Source: an uncultured bacterium (GTDB lineage Bacteria; Babelota; Babeliae; Babelales; Babelaceae). From it: a DNA stretch of 64,000 nt. Location of the stretch: assembly GCA_963824495.1 (NCBI GenBank), contig CAWGPQ010000005.1, positions 52,033-116,032 on the forward strand. The letters are read 5' to 3'. The notes beneath the pieces are model-generated. The model had not been told where the DNA came from, searched no databases, and saw only the letters and a list, made by a program, of their open reading frames with translations. The position numbers and the translations under genes were made by a program. Shown in pieces: positions 9,134 to 19,403 of this stretch (its first letter is position 1; every line of letters starts with the position of its first letter).

Positions 9134-9580
9134 TTAGGCAACTGGAGCACTAATAGTTCTATCACCTAATAGACGGGGTGCTAATACAGCTGTTAATTCT
9201 TGAGCATGTACTTGAGGATCGGCTTGTAGTCTTGCTAGTATCTGTTGGCGTTCCTGAAGTGTAAGGTGGATGAGAAAGGTTGTTATAGTGATAAGAGGTA
9301 AAGCGATAAAGCGAACACTGACGCAATCGAGAGCGTCTTGCATCTGATTAGTACATTCTTTACTTGTGCTCCTTTCCACGGTTGGTGTAATGCAATCTTC
9401 TGCCTTTTTGAACGTTTCATGACAGCACTGCTGTAAGAGCTGATCAAAGAGTATCCCAGTGCCTACAATGCCAGCACTTACGAGAAGTTGCTTATTGTCA
9501 TAATGAAATGCATGAGAAGCCGATGGGTTAAAAAGTAATGGCACGAGAGCTATTGTCAAAAGTAGAGTTCTATGGGTCAT
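9134..9580 (-). CDS. Hypothetical secreted/membrane protein
   Basis: Likely start MTHRTLLLTIALVPLL with an ASHA cleavage-like site; two further hydrophobic segments flank a Cys-rich loop. Confidence 0.55.
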   Translation of the reverse strand: MTHRTLLLTIALVPLLFNPSASHAFHYDNKQLLVSAGIVGTGILFDQLLQQCCHETFKKAEDCITPTVERSTSKECTNQMQDALDCVSVRFIALPLITITTFLIHLTLQERQQILARLQADPQVHAQELTAVLAPRLLGDRTISAPVA

Positions 9581-9778
9581 GTTCGTTCTGTGTATAAGTG
9601 GATTTAAAATAATAGTATCCAACGTGTTGTTTTTACATGAATTTTCAAAATTTGTCAAAATTTCCCCGAGAAAATTCACTTTGGAAAAATAATTATTTAA
9701 TTATTATTGATAATTCGTATTATGATTTGATAGTCTAAGGGTAACAGATATTTTAACTGATAACTAAAGGGAAACTAT

Positions 9779-10168
9779 ATGAGAAATTTATTATTTGGCT
9801 TTGTGGGCTTACTTGTAATAGCCTCGAGTATATATTGTTCTTATAGTGGCAATTATCAAACTCTAGGAACTTTTTACCCATCTCCTGCTTCGTCTGATCA
9901 ACGTGCGGCATCACTTGAAGTAAAGGGTGATATTCAACATGCAGATCCTCACGAAGAATTTTCGGGACGGCTTGTATATCCTGATGGTTCATGGTTAAGC
10001 ATTATCACAGTTAAGGCTCCGGTACACTCTCGCTATGAAGATTACTATCCTACGATTGAAGGAGCACAATATCTTGGATCCTATGCAATACGCTGGCGGC
10101 CAAGTAGTGATGTTATGTGGTCTCGCGCAATTTTGTATATTTTTGAGCCTCAGGTACAAGCCTGGTAA
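9779..10168 (+). CDS. Secreted protein of an unrecognised tandem family (member A)
   Basis: Signal peptide; GRLVYPDGS and EGAQYLGS motifs shared with neighbours. Confidence 0.75.
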   Translation: MRNLLFGFVGLLVIASSIYCSYSGNYQTLGTFYPSPASSDQRAASLEVKGDIQHADPHEEFSGRLVYPDGSWLSIITVKAPVHSRYEDYYPTIEGAQYLGSYAIRWRPSSDVMWSRAILYIFEPQVQAW

Positions 10169-10191
10169 CACAACACAATAAGGAAATCATT

Positions 10192-10647
10192 ATGAAAAGA
10201 TTAATTTTGTTAAGTTTAGCTTTTTTGGCTTATGGACCACTCGTAGCTATGGGTAGATTGGGTCTTCCGCCAGGCCGTACTATTGCAGCTCCTCAAAGTT
10301 CTATAGACATTACTGATATGCTGGATCATAGAGGAGGGCTTGAGGTGCCTAATTATGACCTGAACTCTTTAGCTGTAGACATTCCTGTGCCAGGCAGAAT
10401 TGTTTACCATGATAGCTCAGCCTTACCCGTTACTGTTGTTCGTGCTTATAGTGGAACTCGCTATGCTTCTTATCAGCCTCAAGGTGCGGGACCTCTCGTT
10501 GCAGTGCAGACGCTTCCTAAAAGTGATGTAGAAGCAATGCCAGGTGCTGCAAATATTATCTTAGCCTTTGTTGGGCCAACACAAGCTTCGGATTTACGAG
10601 GTATTGCTCAGTTGGTATATGTTTCGCTGGTGGGTCAAGCCGAATAA
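10192..10647 (+). CDS. Secreted protein, same family (member B)
   Basis: AAGGA SD; signal peptide; DLNS, GRIVYHDSSALPV, LRGIAQLVY. Confidence 0.78.
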   Translation: MKRLILLSLAFLAYGPLVAMGRLGLPPGRTIAAPQSSIDITDMLDHRGGLEVPNYDLNSLAVDIPVPGRIVYHDSSALPVTVVRAYSGTRYASYQPQGAGPLVAVQTLPKSDVEAMPGAANIILAFVGPTQASDLRGIAQLVYVSLVGQAE

Positions 10648-10941
10648 GGGTCGATGCACTATCTTGAATCTTTTGTTGGGTTTTGGTGACAAGGCTGTAT
10701 TATAAATTTTTTGAATCTTAAAAAGATTAATCCTTAAAACTTTTTTCTTAATTTTCTCTTTTAGCTAATTTATGTTTTTATTCTACAAGAAGAAATTACT
10801 ATTCCTTGGGATTTAATAAATAAATATGAGATAATAAGTTAAATTTATTGATATTAGCTAATTGGTTTCAGTATAATTAATTATGGGAAGGGTATCCTAA
10901 GAGAAATATTTATATTTATATTAAAATTCAAGGAGAGCTTT

Positions 10942-11601
10942 ATGAAAAATTTAATATTTTTAAGCTTATCGCTTTTAACTCTCGTGCCTCTTGTGGGTAT
11001 GACGCCATTTCAAGGGGAGCCGTTACATGGAACTGGGCCCTTGATTGAGACCGGTATTCCTGGACAAGGCCCAGAGTTGCCCCGTAGGAGTAAACCATCA
11101 GGCTTAAAATATGAACCGATTTTCCGAGAGCGCCTCCATCGAGGTACCCCGATAGGTGGTATGCTTCAGCCCTTAGATGCCGGTACTGTAGTCGAGCAGG
11201 GACATAAGGGGAACCTTAAATTGCTTCAAGCGAGAGGCGCCCGAAGGCTTGATCTTAATTCTGTAACTCAAGGTCAAAATCTTGAGGGTAACGTGGTGTA
11301 CCCGGACGGCTCTCAATTGCCTGTTGTTGCAGTTGTTGGTCATGGTGCAACCTACTATAAGTCAAACGAGCCAACGAAAGAGCCACAAGCGTTATTTCTC
11401 GGTTTCGCTTCAGCCAAACTTCCAACTAATCTCGTTTTATATGTTTTCGTTCATAAAACTGAGCCGTTGACTTTACGTGGTACTGCTCAATTAGTTTATA
11501 ATGAGCTGGTCAGATCGACCACCGAGCAGCCAGAAGAAGCTACGCTAAGGGCTGCTCCTGAAAGTGAGTTAGGTTTTCATACGTATGAACATACTCTGTA
11601 A
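10942..11601 (+). CDS. Secreted protein, same family (member C)
   Basis: AAGGAG SD; signal peptide; DLNS, GNVVYPDGSQLPV, LRGTAQLVY. Confidence 0.78.
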   Translation: MKNLIFLSLSLLTLVPLVGMTPFQGEPLHGTGPLIETGIPGQGPELPRRSKPSGLKYEPIFRERLHRGTPIGGMLQPLDAGTVVEQGHKGNLKLLQARGARRLDLNSVTQGQNLEGNVVYPDGSQLPVVAVVGHGATYYKSNEPTKEPQALFLGFASAKLPTNLVLYVFVHKTEPLTLRGTAQLVYNELVRSTTEQPEEATLRAAPESELGFHTYEHTL

Positions 11602-11687
11602 TCACCAGGTGTAATACAATGAAATGTAAGAACTGAAGGAAAGTGACTTTGTAATAAAAAAAGTATATTAAAGAAAGGGAGATTGTT

Positions 11688-12794
11688 ATGAAAAGAATTG
11701 AAATTTTAAGTATAACTCTTCTTGCGCTGATACCAGCATTTTGCATACGTGCTCAAGGATATGAGCCGGCAACAATCCAGCCTACGTACGCTAGTATTCA
11801 AACGCGTAAACCGGAAGTATGGCACCGAGAATGGGGATTTTATCATTTTAAAGCGGGCGAGCTTCGTAATGGTAACGTATGGTCGATTGAATTTGTACAG
11901 CCCATTATTGGTGAAGATATTAAGGCAACATTAGCAAGAGTCCAACCAGGTGATCAAATAACCGGCAGAGCAGTTGCTTCTGATGGTAAAAAGAAGTTAG
12001 ACATCATTGGTGTAGCAACTGGCGATACAGGCCAACCTCAATCACCAGAAAAGGGTGCTCAGTACCTTGGTAGTATACAAAATCCTAATCAACCTGGTAA
12101 CTTCTTGGCTATTTTTAAGAGGGAAAGTGCTCGTGAAGCAACACAACGCTTGGCACGAGAAGCTCGGCAGGCAGGTCAACAAGCCTATACAAGCGCGCAA
12201 CAATTTGGTAGAGAGGCTTATACTTCAGCTGCAGCAGGCCTCGGTAGCGTGGCAGGTACCCTTACGGCACCTATTGCTTCGGCATTCAGGCCTCAGCCAG
12301 GCCCTACAGTATGGTATCGGGAGTTGGGATTGAAGTACGTTAGAATAGGACAGGTTCAAGCTGACGGTAAAACATGGGTGCTAGAATTTGCTGAGCCTCT
12401 GGTTGGTAAAGATATCGGTACAATATTGGCAGAAATCCAACCGGGTGATGAAGTAACCGGTAGCGCTATTACGCCAGATCGTATGCAAAAGTTAAGTATT
12501 ATTGCTGTAGCAGTTCCTGCCGGCGGTGATGCAAGTAAAACTCCTGTACCAGAGAAGGGTGCTCGATATCTTGGTCAGATAACAAATCCTAATCAACGTG
12601 ATAGCTCGTTAGCTATTTTTGGAAGGGAAAGCACTGTAGAAGCAGTACGACGCTGGGCAAAAGCTGAACAGGCCGGCCAACAAGCTTTTACGACGGCTAT
12701 GGGACAAACGAGTAGCGCAACAGCGGAGCCAGGTGTTTCCCCTGCATCGCAGCGACCAGTTTCACAGAACGCTCCAGTACACACTGGACCATGA
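11688..12794 (+). CDS. Secreted protein with two internal copies of the family domain (member D)
   Basis: Duplicated module: VW(H/Y)RE...QPGD(Q/E)(I/V)TG...PEKGA(Q/R)YLG...NPNQ...LAIF(K/G)RES. Confidence 0.8.
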   Translation: MKRIEILSITLLALIPAFCIRAQGYEPATIQPTYASIQTRKPEVWHREWGFYHFKAGELRNGNVWSIEFVQPIIGEDIKATLARVQPGDQITGRAVASDGKKKLDIIGVATGDTGQPQSPEKGAQYLGSIQNPNQPGNFLAIFKRESAREATQRLAREARQAGQQAYTSAQQFGREAYTSAAAGLGSVAGTLTAPIASAFRPQPGPTVWYRELGLKYVRIGQVQADGKTWVLEFAEPLVGKDIGTILAEIQPGDEVTGSAITPDRMQKLSIIAVAVPAGGDASKTPVPEKGARYLGQITNPNQRDSSLAIFGRESTVEAVRRWAKAEQAGQQAFTTAMGQTSSATAEPGVSPASQRPVSQNAPVHTGP

Positions 12795-12876
12795 CCCGTT
12801 ATTTTCTAGAGGCACAAGTTATCCCTTTAGGTGTACAAATACCAGTAAACTTAGAGGGAAGATATACGAGAGAGTA

Positions 12877-12923
12877 ATGAAGTTATCAGGACCGGCTTTA
12901 CTGCCGGTCTCGATAACTTTCAT
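12877..12923. terminator. Hairpin between convergent genes, probable bidirectional terminator
   Basis: AAGTTATC-AG-GACCGGC-TTTACT-GCCGGTC-TC-GATAACTT. Confidence 0.6.
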
Positions 12924-12943
12924 AGTAGTATAAGACGAAGCCC

Positions 12944-14911
12944 TTAAAGCAGCTTTTTCAGCTCACTCCATTCTTCGCGATAGGCGATAGCGGTATCAAA
13001 ATCTTCTGCTTGTGCTGCCTGTTGCATGAGCTGCTCGAGTTCAGCTATACGCTCAGCTAAAGCTACAGGTTGCCCTGATCGCTCTTGAGCAAGAGCAGTA
13101 GCTTTCTTTTTATGTTTTGATGCTTCAGCAATAGCTTTTTGAATATTAGAGATACTCTTAGTTACATCACGTTTAACACTTGAGGGTATAATGGCATGCT
13201 TTTGATTATATGCTTCTTGAAGCGCACGTCGTCGATTTGTCTCATTAAGAGCGTCTTGCATAGATTGAGTAATAGTGTCGGCGTAGAGTATAACGCGTGA
13301 TGCACTATTACGGGCAGCACGGCCGATAATCTGAATAAGTGATCGTTTGTCGCGCAAGAAGCTTTCAACATCAGCATCCATAATAGCTACAAGGGCAACC
13401 TCAGGTAAATCAAGACCCTCTCTGAGTAGATTGACGCCAACTAAACAGTCAAATAGACCGGTACGTAGTTTATGTAACAGCTCTGTTCGTTGAGGTGTCT
13501 TAATATCACAGTGAAGATAGCATACTTTAATATGTTGCTCTTCTAGATAACGGGCCAATTCTTCAGCAAGTTTTTTAGTAAGAACGGTTACCAAACAGCG
13601 ATGGCCCTTATCTCGTGTTGAACGAATTTGTTGTACCAAATGAGCAAGTTGCCCAGGACGAGGGTGTAGTTCTATTCGTGGGTCAACAAGACCTGTTGGT
13701 CGTATAACCTGTTCGGCAATAACAGTACTGTTTGAGAGTTCATAATTGCCTGGCGTAGCTGAGACAAAAATAACGTCATTAAAGTACCGTTCAATTTCTT
13801 CAAACTTTAATGGGCGATTATCGTGAGCCGATGGCAGCCTAAAGCCAAAATCTATTAAAGCTTTCTTTCGTGCTCGATCACCCATAAACATGCCTTTTAA
13901 TTGAGGTATAGCGATATGGGATTCATCGATAACTAATAAGAAGTCTTTAAAGAAGTCAAATAAGCAATAAGGTGGCTGGCCAGAGCTTCGGCCATCGAAA
14001 TGTGCTGAATAGTTTTCAACCCCTGGGCAGGTGCCATGTTCTTCGAGTAATTCAAGATCATGAGCAACACGGGCTTTCAGTCGCTCTTGATAGAGTGGAT
14101 TCTTCAAGCTCGGTACGTACGTATCAAGTTCTGCTTGAATACTTGCCAGTGCTGCGCCTTTCTTTTCTTCCGTCGTAACAAACGGCTTGGCAGGAAAGAT
14201 AATGGTGTCATGTACTTCTTCACGTATGCTATTATCATGTTTTGTTACCCAATAGAGCCGCTCAATACCTGAGCCATCAAGCTCTATGCGCAGCTTCTCT
14301 TTTTGATAGGGCACTATAACTTCAATTGTTGAGCCACGTACTTGGAAGGTGCCTGAAGCCGTTTCCATATCATTGCGCATATATTGAATAAAAATAAGTT
14401 TGCGGAGAAGTTCAGCCCTACTGATAACCTGACCCTTTGAGAGCGGTAATGCCAGGCTTTCGTAATCTGCCGGATTAGCCAGCGAATAAATACACGATAC
14501 CGATGCCACAATAATGGTATCTTGTCTCGTAAGAGCAGACACTACGGCATCTATACGCAGGCGCTCTATTTCACTGTTAACTTTAGTTTCTTTAGGGATA
14601 TACATATCTTGAGCAGGCAGGTATGACTCCGGTTGATAATAATCATAATAGCTGACGAAATAGCACACTTTGTTTTCTGGAAAAAAAAGTGAAAATTCTT
14701 CATACAGCTGAGCTGCTAGAGTCTTATTGGGCGATAGTACCAAAACTGGTTTTGACTGTTGAGCGATAACCTGAGCTATTGTAAAAGTTTTGCCTGACCC
14801 TGTTACGCCCAAGAGAGTAGAAATGCCAGGTCGTGCTAGAGAAAGTTTCTCGATAGCCTGCGGCTGGTCTCCCGCTGCAGAAAATGGTGCATGTAATTTA
14901 AAAGTACTCAT
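12944..14911 (-). CDS. uvrB: Excinuclease ABC subunit B
   Basis: GDQPQAI, GVTGSGKT, FVSYYDYYQPE, DESH, NLLREGLD, GRAARN, C-terminal UVR coil. Confidence 0.98.
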   Translation of the reverse strand: MSTFKLHAPFSAAGDQPQAIEKLSLARPGISTLLGVTGSGKTFTIAQVIAQQSKPVLVLSPNKTLAAQLYEEFSLFFPENKVCYFVSYYDYYQPESYLPAQDMYIPKETKVNSEIERLRIDAVVSALTRQDTIIVASVSCIYSLANPADYESLALPLSKGQVISRAELLRKLIFIQYMRNDMETASGTFQVRGSTIEVIVPYQKEKLRIELDGSGIERLYWVTKHDNSIREEVHDTIIFPAKPFVTTEEKKGAALASIQAELDTYVPSLKNPLYQERLKARVAHDLELLEEHGTCPGVENYSAHFDGRSSGQPPYCLFDFFKDFLLVIDESHIAIPQLKGMFMGDRARKKALIDFGFRLPSAHDNRPLKFEEIERYFNDVIFVSATPGNYELSNSTVIAEQVIRPTGLVDPRIELHPRPGQLAHLVQQIRSTRDKGHRCLVTVLTKKLAEELARYLEEQHIKVCYLHCDIKTPQRTELLHKLRTGLFDCLVGVNLLREGLDLPEVALVAIMDADVESFLRDKRSLIQIIGRAARNSASRVILYADTITQSMQDALNETNRRRALQEAYNQKHAIIPSSVKRDVTKSISNIQKAIAEASKHKKKATALAQERSGQPVALAERIAELEQLMQQAAQAEDFDTAIAYREEWSELKKLL

Positions 14912-14967
14912 TATAGGGTCTTTGCTTCATTAAGAGATTATTACAGGCTTGAATTTTATTAACTCCA

Positions 14968-14996
14968 ATTATAGCATAAAAATCAACGTGTGTCAT
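14968..14996 (-). promoter_or_regulatory. Sigma70-type promoter for uvrB
   Basis: Minus strand ATGACA-N17-TATAAT with extended -10 (TGcTATAAT). Confidence 0.55.
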
Positions 14997-15184
14997 GTTT
15001 CGGTGATGTAGATATGTATCTGGTTGCTTGTAAACTAGCCACAGATTTAGCTGGCTAAAATGCTTTCTATAAGATTTTTCTAGAAACTATATTTTATTGA
15101 CTCTTAGATAATAATTTATATAAGCACTAGGGTAAAGAGTTTTTAAACTAAGTGTTTTTTTGAATTAATAATAGGAGTTATCAG

Positions 15185-16830
15185 ATGAATCTTAAGACTA
15201 TGGCAGTCTGGACAGTACGCAGCGATATTTTTATGATTGTAATGTTCAGTGTAGGATGGATATCTATATCATGTGCGCAAGACCAATTAAGCATATGTAA
15301 TGCGCTAGGTAAAGCAGTAACCTCTGCTCGTTCCGTTGATGATGTTAAAAAAACATATCGCAGCTTTGCTGTTAAGTGCCATCCAGACAAATTTAAAACC
15401 CTTGATGAAAAGAGAGCAGCGGCTGAGCTCTTTATTAAAATCACTGATTTTTACGAGGATTTCAGTGAAAAGCCAAGGACTGCTCAGTATACACCATCTG
15501 GTTATGGCCCAGAAACATACGTACAAGCCAATTCTGCTGTAGATAAGTTGTTGCTTGATGCAGCAGAAAGAGGTGATATACAAGCAGTTGAAAAAGCGCT
15601 TGCTCAAGGTGCTAATATTGATGCTCGGGATAGCAACGGTTATACTGCATTAATACAGGCAATTAGCGGTGACCATACGGATATTGCTAAGCTGCTTATA
15701 GAGTATGGCAGGCCATACGAAGCCTCGGCGAAGTATGGTGCTGATGTTAAGCTCGCCAATAAGTGGGGTGATACTGCGCTTATAATGCAGCGTCTGGAGG
15801 ACTTATAGACATAGTCAAATTGCTTATAGAGCATGGTGCTAACGTTAATCATGCTAATGTAGATGGTGATACTGCTTTGATAGATGCAGCTAATTTTGGA
15901 CGTACAGATATAGTTAGAGTGCTTCTAAAAGCTAAAGCTGACGTTAATCATGCTGATTATCGCGGTGATACCGCTCTCCATTATGCTGCAGGTAATGGGG
16001 ACACAAATACCATCAAGGTACTTCTACGTTATAAAGCTGATATCAATCAAGCTAATGTGTATGGTGATACCCCTCTCATGTGGGCTTTTCGAAATGGTCA
16101 TGTCAATACAGTTAAGCTACTTCTAGATCGTAAAGCTGATATTAATCACGCCGATAATAGGGGCGTAACTGTCCTCAAGTTGGCAGTTGCTGGAGGGTAT
16201 ATAGACGTGGTTAAACTGCTTCTAGAAGCTAAAGTTGACGTTAATCATGGTGATATTAATGGGGATACTGCTCTAATAGATGCAGCTGGAAGGGATCGTG
16301 CCGATGTAGTTAAGCTACTTATACAGGCTGGCGCTAACGTTAATCGTGCCAATAATGAGGCTCAAACTGCTCTCATATTAGCGGCTAAAAATGGTCGTAC
16401 GGATGTAGTTAAAGTGCTTTTAGAGGCTAGAGCTGATGTTAACCCTGCTGATTATCGTGGCAATACTGCGCTTATCAGTGCGGCTGAGCGTGGTTATACC
16501 GATATAGTTAGGCTACTTCTAGATGCTGGTGCTCATGTTAACCACGTGAATAATAATGGTGAAACCGCTTTTACATTAGCATCTGAAAATAATCATGAAG
16601 AGGTGGTTAACCTGCTTGCATCTGCAATAACAAAACAAAAAGCTCCGGTTAGCTTTAGGCTTTATGCACTAGTATTTAAGAATACATTGCCAGATCATAC
16701 ACAAAAGCTCGATCGCTTGATAGCTCTTTATGAGCAGCTTCCTGCTGATACGTCTTTACAGAAGAAGCTGAAAGAGCTAGCCCGCGAGAAATTCATTTTT
16801 AAATTTCATAGTGATCCTGAAAAGAAATAG
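15185..16830 (+). pseudogene. J-domain plus ankyrin-repeat protein with signal-like N-terminus, split by one frameshift
   Basis: J-domain KKTYRSFAVKCHPDK followed by about ten ankyrin repeats. Near 15785, CTT ATA AT GCA GCG lacks one base relative to the ankyrin consensus (TALIxAASGG..DIVKLLIEHGA), which would join ORFs 15185-15808 and 15820-16830. Confidence 0.8.
15702..15738. repeat. REP-like palindrome inserted in frame within an ankyrin repeat
   Basis: CCATAC-GAAGC-CTCG-GCGAA-GTATGG hairpin; AGTATGG duplicated 30 nt apart; adds RPYEASAKYG to LLIEYGADV. Confidence 0.65.
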
Positions 16831-17011
16831 TATCACCATCTGAAGATACCATTCAAGCTATTGTTCAACGAACTATAAGTCCTATGTGCTAGATAGTGGA
16901 TAGCTTAGGCTGAAGATAAAATAGGGCTTGTATTTACTTTCACTTCCTGGTAGTGTCAAGAGATGCAAATTGTATATACTCTTTTGACCAGGTATAGATG
17001 GAGTTTATGGT

Positions 17012-18241
17012 ATGGAAAGATGCTTAAAGCTTTGGGTCATATTAAACGTATCACTGAGTATTCTAGGTGGTACGACTGCCATTGTCAGATCTGATGATAC
17101 GAAGCAGGTGTTCGAGAGTACTATTTCTGCTGGTAGTTACTTTCTTTTTGCTCATGGCATACATGGTAATAAAACTGATGCTGAATGGTATATTAATACA
17201 AAGAATCCTGATTATCCACTGATTACTGCCCCTTGCTTATCATTTAATTTTCCCATTCTAGAGCAGGATGTAGATAGAGCTGTTATTCTTGAGGCTGCTT
17301 ATAAAAAGCTCGTTAATCTCATTGACACCAGTCCTGCTGATCACACTATGCATAATGGTATTGCTATTTTTGGATCTTCCCAAGGGGCAGCAACGGCAAT
17401 TAATGCTGTCGCTACAAGTAAGTTTCCGTATCTTAAGGCGCTTATTGCAGAAGCACCTTTTATACATGAGCACTCCCAACGCTCTTTGAGCTTATTCTAT
17501 GAGTTTTTGCCGCTGTTTATGCAAAGCTGGATACAGAAAGCTGGCATATATTACCCAGATAATAGGAACATTCTTGCGAATATAAGTAGGTTCCCCCATG
17601 ATATACCCATACTATTGGTACATGCCAAAAATGACGAGTGCGTTCCATTGCGTAGCACACAAGCTCTGTATCTCAAGCTTATACAGGCGGGTCATCCAAA
17701 AGCCTATTTACTTGAGCTTGAAGATGGCAAGCACGGAAAATATACCAACGTTGAGCCTGATTGTGCACAGGTGCGCAAAGATTCAGCACGTAAGTATTTG
17801 ACGGTTGTTCATGCCATCTATAGAGCACATGATATACCGTATAATAAGCAGCTTGCCGATGAGGGCGAGCAGTATCTTGCCAGCGGACAGCTGCAGCCTG
17901 ATGCTCAAAAAATAGAACAGCTTATGTACGAAGAGATGACTGAATGGAGCGAAACACAGACAGCGATAGCTATCTATACAACACTTGCTGCTCTTATGTT
18001 TGCCTATTATAAGCTTTTAGAAGTATCGGGTGAGCTAACGCCACCTGAAGTGGTTACCGTACCAACTACTTCTTTCGATGTGGCTCAATTAATCGAAAGT
18101 CTTGTTAGAGATAAAAAGCCAGACGGTGTATGTGAGTTTATTGAGGTAATTATCACGACCCTTGGCCCGATAATCAAGAACTTACCTGAACAGCACGTAA
18201 AAGCATGTATTGAGACCCTTAATAGTTTAATCAAGCAGTAG
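17012..18241 (+). CDS. Alpha/beta-hydrolase fold protein with signal-like N-terminus
   Basis: FAHG oxyanion segment, GSSQG nucleophile elbow, HAKNDECVP acid, GKH histidine. Confidence 0.8.
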   Translation: MERCLKLWVILNVSLSILGGTTAIVRSDDTKQVFESTISAGSYFLFAHGIHGNKTDAEWYINTKNPDYPLITAPCLSFNFPILEQDVDRAVILEAAYKKLVNLIDTSPADHTMHNGIAIFGSSQGAATAINAVATSKFPYLKALIAEAPFIHEHSQRSLSLFYEFLPLFMQSWIQKAGIYYPDNRNILANISRFPHDIPILLVHAKNDECVPLRSTQALYLKLIQAGHPKAYLLELEDGKHGKYTNVEPDCAQVRKDSARKYLTVVHAIYRAHDIPYNKQLADEGEQYLASGQLQPDAQKIEQLMYEEMTEWSETQTAIAIYTTLAALMFAYYKLLEVSGELTPPEVVTVPTTSFDVAQLIESLVRDKKPDGVCEFIEVIITTLGPIIKNLPEQHVKACIETLNSLIKQ

Positions 18242-18245
18242 TAGA

Positions 18246-19394
18246 TTAGCGTATGGGTGAGCGTAGCGTATAATAGAATTCAACGAGACGTTGAGCGGTT
18301 TTTTCCGGGTAATAGTCCCGTGCGGTGTTCCAAGCATTCTTTTGAAGTATCTTGAACAGTTCAGGTGACTCCGCCACGTGCTCTATTTTTTGGGCCATAT
18401 CGTGAGGTGATGACACAAGAAATCCGTTAATGCCTTCTTGAACAATATCACAAACACCGGTACCGTTAACTGCTATTACTGGTGTACCGCTTGCCATCGC
18501 TTCAGCAAGAACGAGACCTTGAGTTTCGGTTGTTGAAGCAAAGATAAAAATATCAGCTCTCCTATACCAGTCGGCTATGCTAGTTCGCGGTGGCTTAATA
18601 ATGAATTGCACGTGATCTGGCGAAAAAGCAAGTTTAGTGTAAGCATAGTCTTTCAGTGCTTCTGTTTCTTGACCAAAGCCAATAAGTGTTAGGCGAAACG
18701 GTACGGTAAGATACGTGCAGGCATTTAACAAGAACGGAATATTTTTTTCGGGCACAAAGCGACTTACGCTTAAAAGCTCGAGTTGCTTGCCTTTGGTTGG
18801 CTTGTAGGTAAATTGTGGCAGTATATATACTGGCATAATGCCACTAGGTATAACCGCAAGGTGCTGTGATACTGTTTGAGCTTTAACGAGATGCTTAATC
18901 GACTCACTAGGAGCTATAAGACCGGTGACTTTGCTGCAAAAATGAGCAACCCATTTTTTTACGATAGGTTTGGTAAATTGCTTGGGCAACGGCACATAAT
19001 GTACATATTGATCATAACGTGTGTGATGAGTAAAGACAACAGGAATCTTTTCACGACACGCAGCACGTACAGCCGATGTGCAGAGTAAAAATGGGTGATG
19101 AACATGAATAATGTCAGGTGCATAGTGATGAATGAGCTTGAGGATGTGCCATTGGGCACCTATTGGTACGGCCATCGGATTGTTTTTGTAACTAAATCGC
19201 AGAGGACAGGGTATACGAATTACTCCTTCTTCAGATATCTGCTGACCCAAGAAGTCAAGTGTTACGATAATAACCGTGTGACCTAATGCTCGTAATTGAA
19301 GTGTACTAGTAGTGAGCGAACTAACAACACCTCCGGAATAGGGAGTATAATTATTTGTCACCATGAAAATAGTTAATGGGCGTACTGTAGCCAA
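18246..19394 (-). CDS. Glycosyltransferase family 4 (diacylglycerol glucosyltransferase-like)
   Basis: YTPYSGGV, HVHHPF, VFTHHT, SRFVPEKN, ETQGLVLAEAMASGTPV. Confidence 0.9.
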   Translation of the reverse strand: MATVRPLTIFMVTNNYTPYSGGVVSSLTTSTLQLRALGHTVIIVTLDFLGQQISEEGVIRIPCPLRFSYKNNPMAVPIGAQWHILKLIHHYAPDIIHVHHPFLLCTSAVRAACREKIPVVFTHHTRYDQYVHYVPLPKQFTKPIVKKWVAHFCSKVTGLIAPSESIKHLVKAQTVSQHLAVIPSGIMPVYILPQFTYKPTKGKQLELLSVSRFVPEKNIPFLLNACTYLTVPFRLTLIGFGQETEALKDYAYTKLAFSPDHVQFIIKPPRTSIADWYRRADIFIFASTTETQGLVLAEAMASGTPVIAVNGTGVCDIVQEGINGFLVSSPHDMAQKIEHVAESPELFKILQKNAWNTARDYYPEKTAQRLVEFYYTLRSPIR

Positions 19395-19403
19395 TTTCTG
19401 ACC

